From contig OZ024766.1 of the NCBI GenBank assembly GCA_964016885.1, positions 11,160,001 to 11,224,000 on the forward strand: a DNA stretch of 64,000 bases, given 5' to 3'. The position numbers were made by a program, and so were the translations under genes. This DNA comes from Eledone cirrhosa (Eukaryota). The notes below the pieces were generated by a model. That model saw only the letters and a program-made list of their open reading frames with translations. It made no database searches and had not been told where the DNA came from. This document shows positions 23,165-36,720 of this stretch, in pieces; the stretch's first letter is position 1; each line of letters starts with the position of its first letter.

Positions 23165-24031
23165 CACCTTCATTTAAAAACGAAAGAGATGTGGTTTTCC
23201 TCTGTACAGTGGCTATGGTGAAAGAGGTTATATGGTGGACGAGGTTGAGAGGACTGAGGACAGATGCCTTTCTCTCCGGACAACAACTCATTCCCTTCTT
23301 TAGGTACCACTTTAGAAGGAGAATCAGAGTGGAGAGAGAGGCACTGCACCCCAGTAAATTTACTGAAAAGTGTTATATGGTGGACAAGATTGAGAGGACT
23401 GAGGCCAGATGCCTTTCTCTCCGGACAACAACTCATTCCCTTCTTTAGGTACCACTTTAGAAGGAGAATCAGAGTGAAGATAGAGGCACTGCACCCCAGT
23501 AAATTTACTGAAAGGTGGGTGAATGTGGCAAAAATGGCCCGAGTGATTGGGCCTTCTCTGTTTATAAGCCTGTAGGTTGAGGAAGAGAGCAAAAGTAAGA
23601 AAGGAGCACGAGCACAACATGCTCCTGAAGTTGAGAGTTGTTCTATCAGATGCCTTTCTCTCCAGACAACTCATTCCCTTCTTTAGGTATCACTTTAGAA
23701 GGAGAATCAGAGTGGAGAGAGAGGCACTGCACTCCAGAAACGTGGGTGAATGTGGCAAAAATGGCCTGAGTGATTGGGCCTCCTCTGTATATAAACCTGT
23801 AGGTTGAAGAAGAGAGCAAAAGAAAGAAAGGAGCACTTGCACAACATGCTCCTGGAGTTGAGGGTTGTTCTATCTATGGGGTATTAAACAACCCATTTGT
23901 GGCGCCTCCCCCCTATTGGGGATTTCGATTGTTGTAATTGTTTGTTTTATATTTTTACACGACTGTATGTAAAATCCCCGGCATGTGTCCTTGTATTGTC
24001 CCCTTTTCTTGTGCGCCCTTGTGGCAAATAA

Positions 24032-24067
<36 letters not shown>
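23165..24067 (+). mobile_element. Stacked 3'-end fragments of the same L1/Tx1-like family
   Basis: Three partial repeats of the VIWWTRL..L..D.FLSGQQLIPFFRYHFRRRIRVERE segment, plus 3' UTR and (TATC)n. Confidence 0.85.
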
Positions 24068-25410
24068 CCGAGTGCAAACTATCCTTGAAAGGTCGAGCGG
24101 AGGTGGCGAACACTTTTATAGCGTCCGCCATCTACTACCGCTTGACCGTCGTGCCTTGTCCAGCCAAAACGCTCGCCAAAATGGAGCGCGCCCTCTTCCG
24201 ATTCCTTTGGAAGAGGCGGGCTCCTTTGGTAAGAAGATCCATCTGCTGCCAACACCCTTCTAACGGAGGGCTGGGGATGCCGTGGTTGACGATGCGCAAA
24301 CACGCGCTCAGGCTGCGGCATCTCTACGTATTCCTCACCGGACAACCGGTGTGGGCCCCGTTCGTGAGGCGAGCCTTCCCACGACTCGTCTCGCTGACCG
24401 AGCTGCAGTCCTGGGTCAAGCAGAGACCGAGGAAAATGGGCGACTGGCACATCGAATGTGCTCAGGCGCTCACAGCCCTCTGGCAGGCGGACCCGGCGAT
24501 CAGTGGAGACTCCACTTCGTCATTCTATAGAGGGTTGGTCCGCAGCAAGTGCGACGACGCGCTCGGTGAAACTCTAGGCGTGGAGGAAGATGAACTGGCC
24601 AGTCTGTTCGGTAGGACCTTCCGCCCGGGACCGATGGACAACTTCCAAAAGTCCCTGGCCTGGCAGTGCTACCGAGGAGCTCTACCAGTTCGAGACAAGC
24701 TCTACAGACATGGGCGCCCGGGCAGGGACCCTGCAAAAAAGATCTGTCCGAGGTGCGTGCGAGACGAAGAAACCGTCGCGCACGCATTCATACACTGCCC
24801 GGGCGTCACTGACCTGTGGGGCTATGTGGAACGACTATTGTCGCGGGTGGGACCAATCCAGTTGACCACCGAGTCCATTGTCATGATCAAACCGCCACCC
24901 TCCTTCAAAAACGAAGGAGAGGCGGTTTTCCTTTGTGTGATAGCTATGGCGAAAGAGGTTGTATGGTGGACAAGGTTGAAAGGGCTGAGGTCAGACACCT
25001 TTCTCTCCGGCCAACAACTGATTCTTTTTTTCAAATACCACTTTGGAAGAAGAATCAGGATGGAGAGAGAGGTGCTGTACCCCAGCAAGTTTTATGAAAG
25101 GTGGGTGAAAGTGGCGAGAATGGCCCGAGTGAATGGGCCTTCTCTCTATATCAGCCTGTAGGTTGAGGAAAAGGAGGAGGAGAGGAAAGGAGTACAAGCT
25201 CTTCGTACTCCTGGAGATGAGGGTTGCACATTTTTTTCGGGGGTCTGTGTTACCCATATAAACTGTCTCCCTCTATTGGGGAAAATCGACTAACTTTTAA
25301 ATTCCATCTGTGATAACATTTTACACGTTTTTATTGTATGTAAACTTCCCCCTTTGTATTTGTCCCCTTCTTTTGTGCCCCTGTGGCTAATAAAGAAATA
25401 TATCTATCTA
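24068..25410 (+). mobile_element. 5'-truncated L1/Tx1-like LINE: open C-terminal ORF2 (to 25161), 3' UTR and (TATC)n tail
   Basis: KLSLKGR, FLW, GGLG, and CPRC...ETVAHAFIHC zinc-binding motif; AATAAA followed by TATC repeats. Confidence 0.88.
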
Positions 25411-25924
25411 TAAAGGAGTACAAGCTCTTCGTACTCCTGGAGATGAGGGTTGCACATTTTTTTCGGGGGTCTGTGTTACCTATATAAACTGTCTCCCCCT
25501 ATTGGGGAAAATCGACTAACTTTTAAATTCCATCTGTGATAACATTTTACACGTTTTTATTGTATGTAAACTTCCCCCTTTGTATTTGTCCCCTTCTTTT
25601 GTGCCCCTGTGGCTAATAAAGAAATATATCTATCTATCTATCTATCTATCAGTCTATCTGTCTATCTATCCATTTATCTGCCTCTGTCCGTCTATTTATC
25701 TACCATTCTATCTATCTATATAAGCCTGTAGGTTGAGGAAAAAGAGGAAGAGAGGAAGGGAGTACTCACTGTTGGTGCTCCTGGAGATGAGGGTTGTACA
25801 TTTTTTCGGGGTGTGTACAACCCCTGTGTAACGCCTCCCCCCTATTGGGGATTTCAATTGTTATTTGTTGTTTTATTAATAGTTTTATTTTCATATACCT
25901 GTATGTAAACTCCCCATTTGTATT

Positions 25925-27503
25925 TGTCCCCTTCTTTTCTGCCCTTGTGGCTAATAAAGAATTGTATCTATCTATCTACCTCTCTACCTATCCACTTATC
26001 TACCTATCTATCCCCCAGGATATAACTGTTACTATAGTGTTGATGGTACTGTGGGTGGTGTCAGGCAGTCTATTGTCCCCTTCTTTTCTGCCCTTGTGGC
26101 TAATAAAGAATTTTATCTATCTATCTACCTCTCTACCTATCCACTTATCTACCTCTCTATCTATCCCCCAGGATATAACTGTTACTATAGTGTTGATGGT
26201 ACTGTGGGTGGTGTCAGGCAGTCTGTTGTCCCCTTCTTTTCTGCCCTTGTGGCTAATAAAGAAATTTATCTATCTATCTACCTCTCTATCTATCCCCCAG
26301 GATATAACTGTTACTATAGTGTTGATGGTACTGTGGGTGGTGACAGGCAGTCTATTGTCCCCTTCTTTTCTGCCCTTGTGGCTAATAAAGAATTGTATCT
26401 ATCTATCTACCTCTCTACTTATCCACTTATCTACCTCTCCCTCTATCCCCCAGGATATAACTGTTACTATAGTGTTGACGGTACTGTGGGTGGTGTCAGG
26501 CAGTCTGTTGTCCCCTTCTTTTCTGCCCTTGTGGCTAATAAAGAATTGTATCTATCTATCTACCTCTCTATCTATCCCCAGGATATAACTGTTACTATAG
26601 TGTTGATGGTACTGTGGGTGGTATCAGGCAGTCTATTGTCCCCTTCTTTTCTGCCCTTGTGGCTAATAAAGAATTGTATCTATCTATCTACCTCTCTACC
26701 TATCCCCCAGGATATAACTGTTACTATAGTGTTGATGGTACTGTGGGTGGTGTCAGGCAGTCTGTTGTCCCCTTCTTTTCTGCCCTTGTGGCTAATAAAG
26801 AATTGTATCTATCTATCTACCTCTCTACCTATCCCCCAGGATATAACTGTTACTATAGTGTTGATGGTACTGTGGGTGGTGTCAGGCAGTCTATTGTCCC
26901 CTTCTTTTCTGCCCTTGTGGCTAATAAAGAATTGTATCTATCTATCTACCTCTCTACCTATCCACTTATCTACCTCTCTATCTATCCCCCAAGATATAAC
27001 TGTTACTATAGTGTTGATGGTACTGTGGGTGGTGTCAGGCAGTCTATTGTCCCCTTCTTTTCTGCCCTTGTGGCTAATAAAGAATTGTATCTATCTATCT
27101 ACCTCTCTACCTATCCACTTATCTACCTCTCTATCTATCCCCCAGGATATAACTGTTACTATAGTGTTGATGGTACTGTGGGTGGTGTCAGGCAGTCTAT
27201 TGTCCCCTTCTTTTCTGCCCTTGTGGCTAATAAAGAATTGTATCTATCTATCTACCTCTCTACCTATCCACTTATCTACCTCTCCCTCTATCCCCCAGGA
27301 TATAACTGTTACTATAGTGTTGATGGTACTGTGGGTGGTGTCAGGCAGTCTATTGTCCCCTTCTTTTCTGCCCTTGTGGCTAATAAAGAATTGTATCTAT
27401 CTATCTACCTCTCTACCTATCCACTTATCTACCTCTCTATCTATCCCCCAGGATATAACTGTTACTATAGTGTTGATGGTACTGTGGGTGGTATCAGGCA
27501 GTT
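25925..27503 (+). repeat. 128-153 bp tandem array (11 units) of LINE tail, splice acceptor and first ~52 nt of MARVEL exon 3
   Basis: Exon-start copies at 26019, 26172, 26301, 26454, 26582, 26711, 26840, 26993, 27146, 27299 and 27452. Confidence 0.95.
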
Positions 27504-27589
27504 TGTTGGTGACCAGTCTCTCAGATCTCAGTCAGACCATTGCTGTGAAAGAAGCCGGACTGGACTTTGGTCAAATAGAAGGAGCTATA
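27452..27589 (+). CDS. MARVEL-like protein exon 3 (DITVTIVLMVLWVVSGSLLVTSLSDLSQTIAVKEAGLDFGQIEGAI)
   Basis: CAG acceptor; GTAAGT donor; 138 nt; D...T.....LW...S pattern of MARVEL TM3. Confidence 0.85.
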
Positions 27590-27605
27590 GTAAGTGCTAC
27601 CTTTA

Positions 27606-27615
27606 TTGTTGCTGC

Positions 27616-27648
<33 letters not shown>

Positions 27649-30600
27649 GGTGGTGGTGGTGGTGGTGGTGGTGGTGGTGGTGTTGTGGTGGTGGTGGTGT
27701 TGTTGTGGTGGTACTGGTGTTGTTGTTGTGGCGGTGGTGGCATTGGTGTTGCTGCTGTGGTTATGGTGGTGGTAGTAGTACTGATGTGATGGTGGTGGTG
27801 CTGGTTGTGATGTTGTTACTGTGATGGTGCTGGTGGTGGTGGTAGTGGTGGTGTGCTGCTGCTGTTGTTGTGGTGGTGGTGGTGGTCTGCTGTTGTTGTT
27901 GTGGTGGTGGTGGTGGTGGTCTGCTGTTGTTACTGTGGTGGTGGTGTTGTAGTGGTGTTGTTAATGTAGTGGTGGTGTTGTTAATGTGGTAGTGGTAGTG
28001 GTGGTGTTACTGCTGTTGGTATGGTGGTGGTGGTGGTAGTACTGATGTGATGGTGTTGGCTGTGTTACTGTGATGGTGGTGGTGGTGTTGTTAATGTGGT
28101 GGTGGTGTTACTGCTGTTGTTATGATGGTGATGTTGTTGTGGTGGTGGTGTTGTGGTGCTGTTGTTGTTGTGGTGGTGTTGTTGTGGCGGTGGTGGCATT
28201 GGTGTTGCTGCTGTGGTTATGGTGGTGGTAGTAGTACTGATGTGATGGTGGTGGTGCTGGTTGTGTTGTTGTTACTGTGGTGGTGGTGGTGGTGGTGGTG
28301 GTGTTGGTGGTGGTGTTGGTGGTGGTGGTGGTGTTGTGGTGGTGGTGGTGTTGTTGTGGTGGTGGTACTGGTGTTGTTGTGGTGGTGGTGGTGGCATTGG
28401 TGTTGCTGCTGTGGTTATGGTGGTGGTAGTAGTACTGATGTGATGGTGGTGGTGCTGGTTGTGATGTTGTTACTGTGATGGTGGTGGTGGTGGTGGTAGT
28501 GGTGGTGTGCTGTTGTTGTTGTGGTGGTGGTGGTGGTCTGCTGTTGTTGTGGTGGTGGTGGTGGTGTTGTGGTGGTGGTGTGGTGGTGGTGGTGTTGTGG
28601 TGGTGGTGGTGTTGTTGTGGTGGTACTGGTGTTGTTGTTGTGGTGGTGGTGGCATTGGTGTTGCTGCTGTGGTTATGGTGGTGGTAGTAGTACTGATGTG
28701 ATGGTGGTGGTGCTGGTTGTGTTGTTGTTACTGTGGTGGTGGTGGTGTTGTGGTGGTGATGGTGGTGGTGGTGGTGTTGTTGTGGTGGTACTGGTGTTGT
28801 TGTTGTTGTTGTGGTGGTGGTGGTGGTGGTGTTGTGGTGGTGGTGGTGTTGGTGTGGTGGTACTGGTGTTGTTGTTGTTGTGGTGGTGGTGGCATTGGTG
28901 TTGCTGCTGTGGTTATGGTGGTGGTAGTAGTACTGATGTGATGGTGGTGGTGCTGGTTGTGTTGTTGTTACTGTGGTGGTGGTGGTGTTGGTGGTGGTGT
29001 TGGTGGTGGTGGTGTTGTGGTGGTGGTGGTGTTGTTGTGATGGTACTGGTGTTGTTGTGGTGGTGGTAGTGGTGCTGGTTGTGATGTTGTTACTGTGATG
29101 GTGGTGGTGGTGGTGGTAGTGGTGGTGGTGTTGTTGTGGTGGTGGTGTTGTTGTGATGGTACTGGTGTTGTTGTTGTTGTGGTGGTGGTGGTGGTGGTGG
29201 TGGTGGTGGTGTTGTGGTGGTGTTGTTGGTGTGGTGGTACTGGTGTTGTTGTTGTGGCGGTGGTGGCATTGGTGTTGCTGCTGTGGTTATGGTGGTGGTA
29301 GTAGTACTGATGTGATGGTGGTGGTGCTGGTTGTGATGTTGTTACTGTGATGGTGCTGGTGGTGGTGGTAGTGGTGGTGTGCTGCTGCTGTTGTTGTGGT
29401 GGTGGTGGTGGTCTGCTGTTGTTGTGGTGGTGGTGGTGGTGGTGGTCTGCTGTTGTTACTGTGGTGGTGGTGTTGTAGTGGTGTTGTTAATGTAGTGGTG
29501 GTGTTGTTAATGTGGTAGTGGTAGTGGTGGTGTTACTGCTGTTGGTATGGTGGTGGTGGTGGTAGTACTGATGTGATGGTGTTGGGTGTGTTACTGTGAT
29601 GGTGGTGGTGGTGTTGTTAATGTGGTGGTGGTGTTACTGCTGTTGTTATGATGGTGATGTTGTTGTGGTGGTGGTGTTGTGGTGCTGTTGTTGTTGTGGT
29701 GGTGTTGTTGTGGCGGTGGTGGCATTGGTGTTGCTGCTGTGGTTATGGTGGTGGTAGTAGTACTGATGTGATGGTGGTGGTGCTGGTTGTGTTGTTGTTA
29801 CTGTGGTGGTGGTGGTGGTGGTGGTGGTGGTGGTGTTGTTGTGGTGGTGGTACTGGTGTTGTTGTGGTGGTGGTGGTGGCATTGGTGTTGCTGCTGTGGT
29901 TATGGTGGTGGTAGTAGTACTGATGTGATGGTGGTGGTGCTGGTTGTGTTGTTGTTACTGTGGTGGTGGTGGTGGTGGTGGTGTTGGTGGTGGTGGTGGT
30001 GTTGTGGTGGTGGTGGTGGTGGTGTTGTGGTGGTGGTGGTACTGGTGTTGTTGTGGTGGTGGTGGTGGCATTGGTGTTGCTGCTGTGGTTATGGTGGTGG
30101 TAGTAGTACTGATGTGATGGTGGTGGTGCTGGTTGTGTTGTTGTTACTGTGGTGGTGGTGGTGGTGGTGGTGTTGGTGGTGGTGGTGGTGTTGTGGTGGT
30201 GGTGGTGGTGGTGTTGTTGTGGTGGTGGTACTGGTGTTGTTGTGGTGGTGGTGGTGGCATTGGTGTTGCTGCTGTGGTTATGGTGGTGGTAGTAGTACTG
30301 ATGTGATGGTGGTGGTGCTGGTTGTGATGTTGTTACTGTGATGGTGGTGGTGGTGGTGGTAGTGGTGGTGTGCTGTTGTTGTTGTGGTGGTGGTGGTGGT
30401 CTGCTGTTGTTGTGGTGGTGGTGGTGGTGTTGTGGTGGTGGTGTGGTGGTGGTGGTGGTGGTGTTGTGGTGGTGGTGGTGTTGTTGTGGTGGTACTGGTG
30501 TTGTTGTTGTGGTGGTGGTGGCATTGGTGTTGCTGCTGTGGTTATGGTGGTGGTAGTAGTACTGATGTGATGGTGGTGGTGCTGGTTGTGTTGTTGTTAC

Positions 30601-31940
30601 TGTGGTGGTGGTGGTGGTGTTGTGGTGGTGGTGGTGGTGGTGTTGTTGTGGTGGTGGTGGTGTTGTTGTGGTGGTACTGGTGTTGTTGTTGTTGTTGTGG
30701 TGGTGGTGGTGGTGGTGTTGTTGTGGTGGTACTGGTGTTGTTGTTGTTGTTGTGGTGGTGGTGGTGGTGGTGTTGTGGTGGTGGTGGTGTTGCTGCTGTG
30801 GTTATGGTGGTGGTAGTAGTACTGATGTGATGGTGGTGGTGCTGGTTGTGTTGTTGTTACTGTGGTGGTGGTGGTGTTGGTGGTGGTGTTGGTGGTGGTG
30901 GTGTTGTGGTGGTGGTGGTGTTGTTGTGATGGTACTGGTGTTGTTGTGGTGGTGGTAGTGGTGCTGGTTGTGATGTTGTTACTGTGATGGTGGTGGTGGT
31001 GGTGGTAGTGGTGGTGGTGTTGTTGTGGTGGTGGTGGTGGTGTTGTTGTGGTGGTACTGGTGTTGTTGTTGTTGTGGTGGTGGTGGTGGTGGTGGTGGTG
31101 GTGGTGTTGTGGTGGTGTTGTTGTGGTGGTACTGGTGTTGTTGTTGTGGCGGTGGTGGCATTGGTGTTGCTGCTGTGGTTATGGTGGTGGTAGTAGTACT
31201 GATGTGATGGTGGTGGTGCTGGTTGTGATGTTGTTACTGTGATGGTGCTGGTGGTGGTGGTAGTGGTGGTGTGCTGCTGCTGTTGTTGTGGTGGTGGTGG
31301 TGGTCTGCTGTTGTTGTTGTGGTGGTGGTGGTGGTGGTCTGCTGTTGTTACTGTGGTGGTGGTGTTGTAGTGGTGTTGTTAATGTAGTGGTGGTGTTGTT
31401 AATGTGGTAGTGGTAGTGGTGGTGTTACTGCTGTTGGTATGGTGGTGGTGGTGGTAGTACTGATGTGATGGTGTTGGCTGTGTTACTGTGATGGTGGTGG
31501 TGGTGTTGTTAATGTGGTGGTGGTGTTACTGCTGTTGTTATGATGGTGATGTTGTTGTGGTGGTGGTGGTGGTGTTGGTGGTGGTGTTGTTGTGGTGGTG
31601 GTGGTGGTGGTGTTGTTGTGGTGGTGGTGGTGTTGGTGGCATTGGTGGTGGTGGTGGTGGTGGTGGTGGTGGTGGTGTGGTGGTGGTGGTGGTGTTGTTG
31701 TGGTGGTGGGGTGTTGTTGTTGTGGTGGTGGTGGTGGTTGTGGTGGTGGTGGTGGTGTTGTTGTGGTGGTGGTGGTGGTGGTGGTGGTGGTGTTGTTGTG
31801 GTGGTGGTGGTGGTGTTGTGGTGTTGTGGTGGTGGTGCTGTTGTTGTGGTGGTGTTGGTGGTGGTGGTGGTCTGCTGTTGTTGTTACTGTGGTGGTGGTG
31901 GTGTTGTTGTTGTGGTGGTGTTGGTGGTGGTGGTGTTTCT
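27606..31940. repeat. Complex (GGT)/(GTT) trinucleotide mosaic with higher-order duplications
   Basis: Marker GGCATTGGTGTTGCTGCTGTGGTTATGG...AGTACTGATGTGATGG recurs; blocks at 27728/29254 and 28184/29710 are offset by 1526 bp. Confidence 0.92.
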
Positions 31941-32014
31941 GTTGTTATTGTTGTTGTTATTACTGTTGTTGTTGTTGTTACTATTGTTGTTGTTGTTGTT
32001 ACTACTGTTGTTAC

Positions 32015-35000
32015 TATTAACACTTGTTGTTGTTACTACTGTTGTTGTTACTATTAACACTGTTGTTGTTACTACTGTTGTTGTTACTATTAACACTGTT
32101 GTTGTTACTACTGTTGTTGTTACTATTAACACTGTTGTTGTTACTACTGTTGTTGTTACTATTAACACTGTTGTTGTTACTACTGTTGTTGTTACTATTA
32201 ACACTGTTGTTGTTACTACTGTTGTTGTTACTATTAACACTGTTGTTGTTACTACTGTTGTTGTTACTATTAACACTGTTGTTGTTACTACTGTTGTTGT
32301 TACTATTAACACTGTTGTTGTTACTACTGTTGTTGTTACTATTAACACTGTTGTTGTTACTACTGTTGTTGTTACTATTAACACTGTTGTTGTTACTACT
32401 GTTGTTGTTACTATTAACACTGTTGTTGTTACTACTGTTGTTGTTACTATTAACACTGTTGTTGTTACTACTGTTGTTGTTACTATTAACACTGTTGTTG
32501 TTACTACTGTTGTTGTTACTATTAACACTGTTGTTGTTACTACTGTTGTTGTTACTATTAACACTGTTGTTGTTACTACTGTTGTTGTTACTATTAACAC
32601 TGTTGTTGTTACTACTGTTGTTGTTACTATTAACACTGTTGTTGTTACTACTGTTGTTGTTACTATTAACACTGTTGTTGTTACTACTGTTGTTGTTACT
32701 ATTAACACTGTTGTTGTTACTACTGTTGTTGTTACTATTAACACTGTTGTTGTTACTACTGTTGTTGTTACTATTAACACTGTTGTTGTTACTACTGTTG
32801 TTGTTACTATTAACACTGTTGTTGTTACTACTGTTGTTGTTACTATTAACACTGTTGTTGTTACTACTGTTGTTGTTACTATTAACACTGTTGTTGTTAC
32901 TACTGTTGTTGTTACTATTAACACTGTTGTTGTTACTACTGTTGTTGTTGTTACTACTGTTGTTGTTGTTACTTTTGTTGTTGTTACTATTAACCCTGTT
33001 GTTGTTGTTGTTACTCTTTTGTTGTTGTTACTATTAACACTTGTTGTTGTTGTTGTTACTATTAACACTTGTTGTTGTTGTTGTTACTACTGTTGTTGTT
33101 ACTACTAACACTTGTTGTTGTTGTTGTTACTGTTGTTGTTGTTGTTGTTACTATTAACACTGTTGTTGTTGTTGTTACTCTGTTGTTGTTGTTACTATTA
33201 ACACTTGTTGTTGTTGTTGTTACTACTGTTGTTGTTACTACTAACACTTGTTGTTGTTGTTGTTACTGTTGTTGTTGTTGTTGTTACTATTAACACTTGT
33301 TGTTGTTGTTGTTACTCTGTTGTTGTTGTTACTATTAACACTTGTTGTTGTTGTTGTTACTCTGTTGTTGTTGTTACTATTAACCCTTGTTGTTGTTGTT
33401 GTTACTATTAACCCTGTTGTTGTTGTTGTTACTCTGTTGTTGTTGTTACTATTAACCCTTGTTGTTGTTGTTGTTACTCTGTTGTTGTTGTTACTATTAA
33501 CCCTTGTTGTTGTTGTTGTTACTATTAACCCTGTTGTTGTTGTTGTTACTCTGTTGTTGTTGTTACTATTAACCCTTGTTGTTGTTGTTGTTACTCTTTT
33601 GTTGTTGTTACTATTAACACTTGTTGTTATTGTTGTTACTCTGTTGTTGTTGTTGTTACTATTAACACTGTTGTTGTTGTTGTTACTCTTTTGTTGTTGT
33701 TACTATTAACACTTGTTGTTGTTGTTGTTACTCTGTTGTTGTTGTTACTATTAACACTGTTGTTGTTGTTGTTACTCTTTTGTTGTTGTTACTATTAACA
33801 CTTGTTGTTGTTGTTGTTACTCTTTTGTTGTTGTTACTATTAACACTGTTGTTGTTGTTGTTACTCTTTTGTTGTTGTTACTATTAACCCTGTTGTTGTT
33901 GTTGTTACTCTTTTGTTGTTGTTACTATTAACACTTGTTGTTATTGTTGTTACTATTAACACTTGTTGTTGTTGTTGTTACTCTGTTGTTGTTGTTACTA
34001 TTAACACTTGTTGTTGTTGTTGTTACTCTGTTGTTGTTACTATTAACCCTGTTGTTGTTGTTGTTACTCTGTTGTTGTTGTTACTATTAACACTTGTTGT
34101 TGTTGTTGTTACTCTTTTGTTGTTGTTACTATTAACCCTTGTTGTTGTTGTTGTTACTCTTTTGTTGTTGTTACTCTTTTGTTGTTGTTGTTACTATTAA
34201 CCCTGTTGTTGTTGTTGTTACTCTTTTGTTGTTGTTACTATTAACACTTGTTGTTGTTGTTGTTACTCTTTTGTTGTTGTTACTATTAACACTTGTTGTT
34301 GTTGTTGTTACTCTGTTGTTGTTGTTACTATTAACACTTGTTGTTGTTGTTGTTACTCTTTTGTTGTTGTTACTCTTTTGTTGTTGTTGTTACTATTAAC
34401 CCTGTTGTTGTTGTTGTTACTCTTTTGTTGTTGTTACTCTTTTGTTGTTGTTGTTACTATTAACCCTTGTTGTTGTTGTTGTTACTATTAACCCTTGTTG
34501 TTGTTGTTGTTACTATTAACACTTGTTGTTGTTGTTGTTACTCTGTTGTTGTTGTTACTATTAACACTTGTTGTTGTTGTTGTTACTATTAACACTTGTT
34601 GTTGTTGTTGTTACTATTAACCCTGTTGTTGTTGTTGTTACTCTTTTGTTGTTGTTACTCTTTTGTTGTTGTTGTTACTATTAACCCTGTTGTTGTTGTT
34701 GTTACTCTGTTGTTGTTGTTACTATTAACCCTGTTGTTGTTGTTGTTACTCTTTTGTTGTTGTTACTATTAACACTGTTGTTGTTGTTGTTACTATTAAC
34801 ACTTGTTGTTGTTGTTGTTACTCTGTTGTTGTTGTTACTATTAACCCTTGTTGTTGTTGTTGTTACTCTTTTGTTGTTGTTACTATTAACACTGTTGTTG
34901 TTGTTGTTACTATTAACCCTTGTTGTTGTTGTTACTCTTTTGTTGTTGTTACTATTAACACTGTTGTTGTTGTTGTTACTATTAACACTGTTGTTGTTGT

Positions 35001-35035
35001 TGTTACTATTAACCCTGTTGTTGTTGTTGTTACTA
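32015..35035. repeat. 36-bp perfect minisatellite (~25 copies to ~32940), followed by degenerate (GTT)n/ACTATTAAC variants
   Basis: Unit ACTATTAACACTGTTGTTGTTACTACTGTTGTTGTT. Confidence 0.95.
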
Positions 35036-35044
35036 TATTTCCAG

Positions 35045-35191
35045 GCTGTTGGGTTCCTGTGTGCGGTGCTGCTGTTCGGCTTCATATGGTTTACGATCTG
35101 CTCCCACCGTAGGGAACAGGAGAGAGGCGAGCCCTCAATAACTGGTCGTAGTCCCCTAGTTACAGACATTCCCATAGATATTCTGTCCTGA
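35045..35191 (+). CDS. MARVEL-like protein exon 4 (AVGFLCAVLLFGFIWFTICSHRREQ...DILS*); total 181 aa
   Basis: TTCCAG acceptor; TM4 with a GFL motif, then a charged tail and TGA; all introns phase 0. Confidence 0.85.
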   Translation, partial: AVGFLCAVLLFGFIWFTICSHRREQERGEPSITGRSPLVTDIPIDILS

Positions 35192-35271
35192 TGCATTTAA
35201 TGTTGCAGCGGTGCTGGTGGAAATACTGCAGAAATGTCGCAGCAATAGAATGCAGTGCTCACCAACTGTCT

Positions 35272-35874
35272 GTCTATCTACCTCTCTCTCTATCTCTATC
35301 TATCTACCTCTCTCTCTATCTCTATCTATCTACCTCTCTCTCTATCTCTATCTATCTACCTCTCTCTCTATCTCTATCTATCTACCTCTCTCTCTATCTC
35401 TATCTATCTACCTCTCTCTCTCTATCTCTATCTATCTACCTCTCTCTCTATCTCTATCTATCTACCTCTCTCTCTCTATCTCTATCTATCTACCTCTCTA
35501 TCTCTATCTCTATCTATCTACCTCTCTCTCTATCTCTATCTATCTACCTCTCTCTATATCTCTATCTATCTACCTCTCTCTCTATCTCTATCTATCTACC
35601 TCTCTCTCTATCTCTATCTATCTACCTCTCTCTCTCTATCTCTATCTATCTACCTCTCTCTCTCTATCTCTATCTATCTACCTCTCTCTCTCTATCTCTA
35701 TCTATCTACCTCTCTCTCTCTCTATCTCTATCTATCTACCTCTCTCTCTATCTCTCTATCTATCTACCTCTCTCTCTCTATCTCTATCTATCTACCTCTC
35801 TCTCTATCTCTATCTATCTACCTCTCTCTCTCTCTCTTTCTGTGTATATATATATGTATATATATATATATATG

Positions 35875-35920
<46 letters not shown>

Positions 35921-35974
35921 ACTTTCTCTCTCTATCTACCTCTCTCTCTATCTCTCTGTATATATATATATATG

Positions 35975-36021
<47 letters not shown>

Positions 36022-36054
36022 ATATATAACTTTCTCTCTCTCACTCTCTCTCTC

Positions 36055-36101
<47 letters not shown>

Positions 36102-36156
36102 ATATATAACTTTCTCTCTCTCTCTATATATATATATATATGTATATATATAACTT

Positions 36157-36223
<67 letters not shown>

Positions 36224-36326
36224 ATATATATCACTTTCTCTCTCTATATATATATATGTGTGTGTGTGTGTATATATAACTTTCTCTCTCTCTCTCTATA
36301 TATATATGTATATAACTTTCTCTCTC

Positions 36327-36360
<34 letters not shown>
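35272..36360. repeat. (TCTA)/(TC) compound minisatellite followed by TA/TG microsatellite blocks
   Basis: Direct inspection. Confidence 0.9.
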
Positions 36361-36362
<2 letters not shown>

Positions 36363-36483
36363 GTCCTGTACGAGCGAGACACGGTGACCCAACCAATCTT
36401 GCCTCAAGTGGGACAACTCCCGTCTAACCCATGCTAGCGTGGAAGATAGACGTTAAACAATGTTGATGATGATGATGATAAAG

Positions 36484-36536
<53 letters not shown>

Positions 36537-36636
36537 TATCTCTTTCTTTCTCTATCTCTCTCTCTCTCTACATATATATATATATATATGTATGTGTGTC
36601 TCTGTGTATCTGTGTGTATCTGTGTGTCTGTGTATC

Positions 36637-36720
<84 letters not shown>

